From: a virus
IMG/VR virus record: IMGVR_UViG_3300020430_000007
Length of the DNA stretch: 64,000 nt
Direction: 5' to 3' (one strand)
The notes under the pieces were generated by a model, which ran no database searches, had not been told where the DNA came from, and saw only the letters and a list, made by a program, of their open reading frames with translations. The position numbers were made by a program, and so were the translations under genes. This document shows, in pieces, positions 59,485-64,000 of this stretch. The first letter of the stretch is position 1. Each line of letters starts with the position of its first letter.

Positions 59485-60558
59485 ATGACCGCACAAAATA
59501 GCGAACTACATGAGATGGAGAACCAGGTTACTAAGGGTGCTGCTAAAGCAGACTCCATGCCAACCACTCCAAATTATGTACCCGATGCAGGGGGAACGGG
59601 AGTAGAAGACTTAGGAGGTCCTACACCGCAAAATAGTAAACCTGACGATAACAGTAACAAACTGAAAACGCCAGCTGCAAAGTTTGCCCAAACGGGTGAT
59701 GTTCAGACTAAAGGCACTGCGGGCACAGTTCAACAAGACGGTCCTCTCGGACCAGTTGGCATGAAGTCAACTGGATATGGTAGAGGTGCTAATGAAGAAG
59801 TCGAAGCATCTACCGAAGACGAGACAGTATCAGAGGTTCAAGAAATTGACATTGACCTTTCTGATGATGTGAAAGCATTATTTGAAGGCGAGGAACTATC
59901 TGAGACATTCCAAGAAAAAGCACGTACAATCTTTGAAGCGACTGTAAAGTCGAAGATTGTGAGCGTAAAAGAATCCCTTGAGGAGGAGTACTCAAAGAGA
60001 CTTGACGAAGAAGTCTCTGAGTTTAGAACTTATCTTCAAGAGCGAGTAGACGACTACCTCTACTATGTTGCAACAGAGTGGTTAGAAGAGAATGCTCTTC
60101 AGGTAGAGTCGGGAATCAGAGGGGAACTCTCTGAATCCTTCATGACTGGCCTAAAAGGTCTCTTTGAAGAACATTATGTACAAATCCCTGAAGAAAAATA
60201 TGATGTTTTAGAGGCGATGGTCACTAAACTAGATGAAATGGAGAATAAACTAAATGAGCAGATTGATAGCAATGTCGCATTGACTAAGAGACTATCAGTA
60301 TCTGTATCAGACAACATCCTTGATGAAGCGAGTGCAGGTCTAGCATTATCTCAAAAAGAAAAGCTTGCCGAACTTGCTAAAGGTGTTGAGTTTGAGAGTG
60401 AAGAACAATACAGGGAAAAACTCAATACTCTCAGGGAGTCTTACTTCGCTAAGAAACCTGTATCTGAGTCCCAAGAAGTCACTGAGGAGACTTCTATAAA
60501 CGAGGAAGTCAGTCCAGCAATGGATCGATATCTTCAGGCACTTCATAAGTTCCAATAA
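59485..60558 (+). CDS. gp22: prohead scaffolding protein gp22
   Basis: EDLGGPTP, KARTIFEA, LKGLFEEHYV; TATAAATA at 59441-59448. Confidence 0.92.
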   Translation: MTAQNSELHEMENQVTKGAAKADSMPTTPNYVPDAGGTGVEDLGGPTPQNSKPDDNSNKLKTPAAKFAQTGDVQTKGTAGTVQQDGPLGPVGMKSTGYGRGANEEVEASTEDETVSEVQEIDIDLSDDVKALFEGEELSETFQEKARTIFEATVKSKIVSVKESLEEEYSKRLDEEVSEFRTYLQERVDDYLYYVATEWLEENALQVESGIRGELSESFMTGLKGLFEEHYVQIPEEKYDVLEAMVTKLDEMENKLNEQIDSNVALTKRLSVSVSDNILDEASAGLALSQKEKLAELAKGVEFESEEQYREKLNTLRESYFAKKPVSESQEVTEETSINEEVSPAMDRYLQALHKFQ

Positions 60559-60596
60559 ATTAAATTCAACCTTACACCCTATAAAGGAAACGCCAA

Positions 60597-62006
60597 ATGT
60601 TTAACTCTGGACAACTCCAGAAGAAGTGGCAACCCCTCCTAGAGGCAGAAGGACTTGACAATATCAAGGACAACCATAGGAAAGCGGTTACCGCACAACT
60701 TCTAGAAAACCAAGAAAGATTTTTAAGAGAGGAGAGAGCATTCTTATCAGAAGCACCTCCTACAGTAAACACAGACCCATCAGGCACAGGTAATCCAGGT
60801 TTCTCTGGTTCTGCTGCAGTTGGTGGTCCTGTTGCTGGTTTCGACCCAGTTCTAATCTCATTGATTAGAAGAGCAATGCCTAACTTGGTGGCATACGATC
60901 TTGCAGGTGTTCAACCAATGAACGGACCTACAGGATTGATCTTCGCAATGAGATCACGCTTCGACAATCAGAACGGAACAGAAGCATTATTCAACGAACC
61001 AAATTCAGCGTTCTCTGCTCAGAACTCTGCTGCATCACTTGATCAGGGTGATTACACAGGAGCTACTGACGGTGGCACAGACGTTGGTTTTGGTACAACT
61101 GCTCAGAGTGGTACTAACCCATCAATCTTGAACGGTGGTTCTGACAACGCATTCTCACTAGGACAAGGTTTCAAGACACAAGATCTTGAAAAGTTAGGAG
61201 ATAATACTACTACTAACGACTTCCGTGAGATGGCATTCAGTATCGAGAAGGTCTCGGTTACTGCCAAATCTCGTGCGTTGAAAGCAGAGTACTCACTAGA
61301 ACTTGCTCAAGACTTGAAAGCAATTCATGGTCTAGACGCAGAAGCTGAGTTAGCAAACATTCTTTCTACTGAAATCCTTGCTGAGATCAATAGAGAAATT
61401 GTTAGAACAATCTACAAAGTTGCTGAACCAGGTGCTCAAACAAACACTGCTACAACAGGTGCGTTTGACTTAGACACTGACAGTAATGGTCGTTGGATGG
61501 TTGAGAAGTTCAAAGGTATGATCTTCCAGCTAGAGAGAGATGCTAACGCTATCGCACAAAGAACTCGTCGAGGAAAGGGCAACATTATCCTTTGCTCTGC
61601 TGACGTTGCTTCCGCACTTACTGCTGCTGGACAACTAGACTACACACCTGCACTCAACAGCAACTTGAATGTTGATGACACAGGTAATACATTCGCTGGT
61701 ACACTCAACGGACGTTACAAGGTATACATCGATCCATTCGCTGCTAACCTAGACGCTAACCAGTACTACGTTATGGGTTATAAGGGTTCATCTCCTTATG
61801 ACGCAGGTATCTTCTACTGCCCATATGTACCACTACAGATGGTAAGAGCAGTGGGACAAGACACCTTCCAGCCAAAAATTGGATTCAAGACCAGATATGG
61901 TATGGTTTCCAACCCATTTGCTGAGGGTACAACACAAGGTCTTGGTAGAATTACTGCTAACAGTAACAGATACTACAGAAGAGTTAAGGTTCAAAACCTA
62001 ATGTAA
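60597..62006 (+). CDS. gp23: major capsid protein gp23
   Basis: KWQPLL, LIRRAMPNL, GVQPMNGPTGLIFAMR, FYCPYVPL, GFKTRYG. Confidence 0.98.
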   Translation: MFNSGQLQKKWQPLLEAEGLDNIKDNHRKAVTAQLLENQERFLREERAFLSEAPPTVNTDPSGTGNPGFSGSAAVGGPVAGFDPVLISLIRRAMPNLVAYDLAGVQPMNGPTGLIFAMRSRFDNQNGTEALFNEPNSAFSAQNSAASLDQGDYTGATDGGTDVGFGTTAQSGTNPSILNGGSDNAFSLGQGFKTQDLEKLGDNTTTNDFREMAFSIEKVSVTAKSRALKAEYSLELAQDLKAIHGLDAEAELANILSTEILAEINREIVRTIYKVAEPGAQTNTATTGAFDLDTDSNGRWMVEKFKGMIFQLERDANAIAQRTRRGKGNIILCSADVASALTAAGQLDYTPALNSNLNVDDTGNTFAGTLNGRYKVYIDPFAANLDANQYYVMGYKGSSPYDAGIFYCPYVPLQMVRAVGQDTFQPKIGFKTRYGMVSNPFAEGTTQGLGRITANSNRYYRRVKVQNLM

Positions 62007-62030
62007 GCGAGACGCTTATATTTCTCAAAG

Positions 62031-62056
62031 ACCCCTGCTTGACAGGGGTTTTTTTT
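62031..62056 (+). terminator. rho-independent terminator after gp23
   Basis: ACCCCTG-CTTGA-CAGGGGT followed by a T run. Confidence 0.88.
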
Positions 62057-62066
62057 ATGCTACTAT
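62039..62066 (+). promoter_or_regulatory. sigma70-type promoter overlapping the terminator
   Basis: TTGACA-16 nt-TACTAT with extended TG. Confidence 0.65.
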
Positions 62067-62121
62067 ATAAGTATGTTCTTAAAAGCTTAGGCGACTTAGA
62101 ACACCCAAATGTACTTTACGA

Positions 62122-63204
62122 ATGTTAGTTATGTCAACTAAGAAAGGTTTTAATGGCAAAGGTATTATCGACCTTGCAGATTATGAGGGTATGGAACCTC
62201 GTGAACAAAACGATGCAGTATTTCAGAATATTGATTGGTTAGATTTAGATACAGTAGATTTAGAAGACCCAGACTATTGGAATCTAGCAATCAGGACAGA
62301 AACTCCAGAAGAAAGAAATAGAAGAGTATCTGCCCTTCAAGTAAGTTATAATAATGAAGGATTTTTAACTAATTTTTGGCCAGTATGTTTTGGTACTGAC
62401 GGTAAACCTAGAGATGGTAGAGGCAGAATAGAATCTGCGATAATAAATGGTGAACGGTGGATGCCCAAGGCAAACTACCATTATGAAAAAGCATCTGAGG
62501 ATGTAGGATTTTCTAGAAATTATATAACTAATGGATTAGTTGCAAACTATCATCTTCCTTCCGAAGCACCTAAAATGGAAGATTTTATTCAAGCAGGTGT
62601 TTCAATAATTGAAAAAGATGAACTTATTTGCACTAGGGCAGAAGTTAATACTTGGTTATATGGAGAAGCAAAGGTTGAAAAATTCTTTAGTGATGGTGGT
62701 GGTGTTATTACAAAAATCATTGATGCTATTCTTAAAAGAGGTCCAGCAGGATCTAGTGCAATTAAAAAAAGAACTCCAGGTGGGTGGATTGAGTGGATTA
62801 AAGATAATGTTGGACATGTTGTCAGTAATAAAAAAGGTCTTTATTTGTTATGTGTAGATAGTGAAACTTATCCAATGAGGGCATGGTGTCAATATGTATT
62901 AGCTTCTGTTGCTAAACAGAAAGTACCACCATCTTTTATTCTTTATACTAATGCTAATACACCAGAGGAAGCAAGGAAAAATATGCATAACTTTGTAAAT
63001 AAATTAAAATATTATAATGATGTAACCTTTAGATTAGTCAATCAATCTCCACATGTGAGTGAAATAGGAGCAGTATTTCAAACTCCAAAGTTTGAGATTA
63101 GACAACCAGAAACACTTCCTTATTCTATATTTGGAGCAGTTCCTCAGATAGATGGAGAACATGATCTAACTGGTAAGAATTTGGTTCCTATTGAGGAATA
63201 TTGA
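62122..63204 (+). CDS. hypothetical protein with a possible ParB/Srx-like N-terminal domain
   Basis: 360-aa ORF; P...RDGRGRI resembles the ParB/Srx DGxxR motif; alternative start at 62131. Confidence 0.6.
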   Translation: MLVMSTKKGFNGKGIIDLADYEGMEPREQNDAVFQNIDWLDLDTVDLEDPDYWNLAIRTETPEERNRRVSALQVSYNNEGFLTNFWPVCFGTDGKPRDGRGRIESAIINGERWMPKANYHYEKASEDVGFSRNYITNGLVANYHLPSEAPKMEDFIQAGVSIIEKDELICTRAEVNTWLYGEAKVEKFFSDGGGVITKIIDAILKRGPAGSSAIKKRTPGGWIEWIKDNVGHVVSNKKGLYLLCVDSETYPMRAWCQYVLASVAKQKVPPSFILYTNANTPEEARKNMHNFVNKLKYYNDVTFRLVNQSPHVSEIGAVFQTPKFEIRQPETLPYSIFGAVPQIDGEHDLTGKNLVPIEEY

Positions 63205-63212
63205 TTTCCAAG

Positions 63213-63243
63213 GAAACTCCTATATAAGGGGGTCTCTTTTTTT
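63213..63243 (+). terminator. probable rho-independent terminator
   Basis: Imperfect GAAACTCC...GGGGTCTC stem followed by T7. Confidence 0.55.
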
Positions 63244-63248
63244 ATGCG

Positions 63249-63413
63249 ATGGACAAAGATCAAAAGTGGAATGATGCTCTTACTATTTTTACTGAGAGCG
63301 TTCACAAACCAGATACTAAACTTAGAAGTTGTGCTCATAATCAAGAATGTTATGATGAGCTGATGGAAATACGAAAGCAGGTGCTTTCTTACCTAACTAC
63401 TATACGAAGGTAA
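63249..63413 (+). CDS. small hypothetical cyanophage protein (54 aa)
   Basis: Hand-translated MDKDQKW...ESVHKPD..LRSCAHNQECYDELM. Confidence 0.7.
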   Translation: MDKDQKWNDALTIFTESVHKPDTKLRSCAHNQECYDELMEIRKQVLSYLTTIRR

Positions 63414-63423
63414 CCTTGGAGCG

Positions 63424-63588
63424 ATGAACGGCAGACTTTCTAAAGTTGACATGATAAACAAACTCTTTCAATTAAAAAGAGAACTTGATTACAAATGCGA
63501 AATTGGAGAAATGGGAGAGTGGGAGTGTGTTGGTGCTAAAAAATATTTGAACAAAGCATTTGATACTCTCGATGAGTTTTGGCAATAA
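63424..63588 (+). CDS. small hypothetical protein (54 aa)
   Basis: Hand-translated MNGRLSKVDM...EFWQ; GGAG Shine-Dalgarno just upstream. Confidence 0.65.
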   Translation: MNGRLSKVDMINKLFQLKRELDYKCEIGEMGEWECVGAKKYLNKAFDTLDEFWQ

Positions 63589-63609
63589 ATAACTAAAAAA
63601 GTCCATGTA

Positions 63610-64000
63610 ATGCCAACTAGAAAAAGTATCCATCCAAGTGTATGGAAACAGGTTACTGATAGAAATTTTCTTTCTACTATTGGATTTAAGTTTCTTTTGG
63701 AACGTTGTCCAAAGGTAGATTTTTATTGTAATACAGCAAACATACCCACTATAACATTAGGTGTAGCAGAACAACCCTCTTACCTTAGAAATATACCTGT
63801 ACCTGGCGATAAAATACAATTTCAAGATCTTCAAATATCTTTTATGGTGGATGAAAATATGGAAAATTATCTTGAATTGTATAAATGGATTACAAATCTT
63901 GGGTTTCCAGAATCTCTAGATCAGTATAAAGGATTGCAAGATCAAAATTCTTTATTACCAGAGAAAGATCCTGGCGATATTTTTAATGAGAGATCTGATG
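63610..64000 (+). CDS. gp3: tail completion protein gp3 (partial, runs off the window)
   Basis: NFLSTIGFKF, ANIP, PGDK, FMVDENMENY; ATAAATA at 63585-63591. Confidence 0.9.
   Translation, partial: MPTRKSIHPSVWKQVTDRNFLSTIGFKFLLERCPKVDFYCNTANIPTITLGVAEQPSYLRNIPVPGDKIQFQDLQISFMVDENMENYLELYKWITNLGFPESLDQYKGLQDQNSLLPEKDPGDIFNERSD

Noticed and set aside
15421-61000. Many 60-140-aa minus-strand ORFs inside structural genes (e.g. 21073..21450, 43262..43690)
   Set aside because: Antisense shadows of Gly/Thr/Val-rich genes with biased codons; no RBS, promoter or recognisable motifs
30308-62006. Inteins or introns in the DUF4815-like gene, gp17, gp20 or gp23
   Set aside because: ORFs are continuous and of expected length; no intein splice motifs or homing endonuclease motifs recognised
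62122-63204. Homing endonuclease downstream of gp23
   Set aside because: No GIY-YIG, HNH or LAGLIDADG motif seen
1-64000. tRNA or rRNA genes
   Set aside because: Intergenic gaps are very short and no cloverleaf with a T-loop GTTCRA pattern was found by eye; tRNAscan-SE would confirm

Overview
The window is part of a large, AT-rich T4-like myovirus genome, most consistent with a marine cyanophage (Kyanoviridae, Prochlorococcus/Synechococcus type). From ~14.5 kb it carries the canonical virion module: gp25, gp6, gp7-like, a large structural protein, gp8, a DUF4815/VrlC-like protein, tail fibres, gp13-gp23 and the start of gp3. Many of these genes have (C/A)TAAATA late promoters. The unusual part is a very compact tailoring-enzyme island at ~0.2-14.2 kb. 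It holds eight paralogous sulfotransferase-fold genes whose PAPS-loop lysine is replaced by an aromatic residue or His, three SGNH-like genes, a NodU/CmcH carbamoyltransferase, a 30-aa DPYIY micro-ORF, a 2OG-Fe(II) oxygenase, an HpcH aldolase and a DxD glycosyltransferase-like gene. Genes alternate strands with almost no intergenic DNA, and divergent pairs share one CATG for both start codons. Two satellite cassettes sit inside the structural module: NDT-like/methyltransferase/ferritin-like/two P-loop genes between the tail fibres, and a split SPASM + radical SAM pair with a ninth sulfotransferase-like paralog between gp17 and gp18. Together these suggest a phage-encoded surface or virion chemical-decoration system (inference). 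No tRNA, CRISPR array, intron or intein was recognised. All calls come from motif recognition; no database searches were run.
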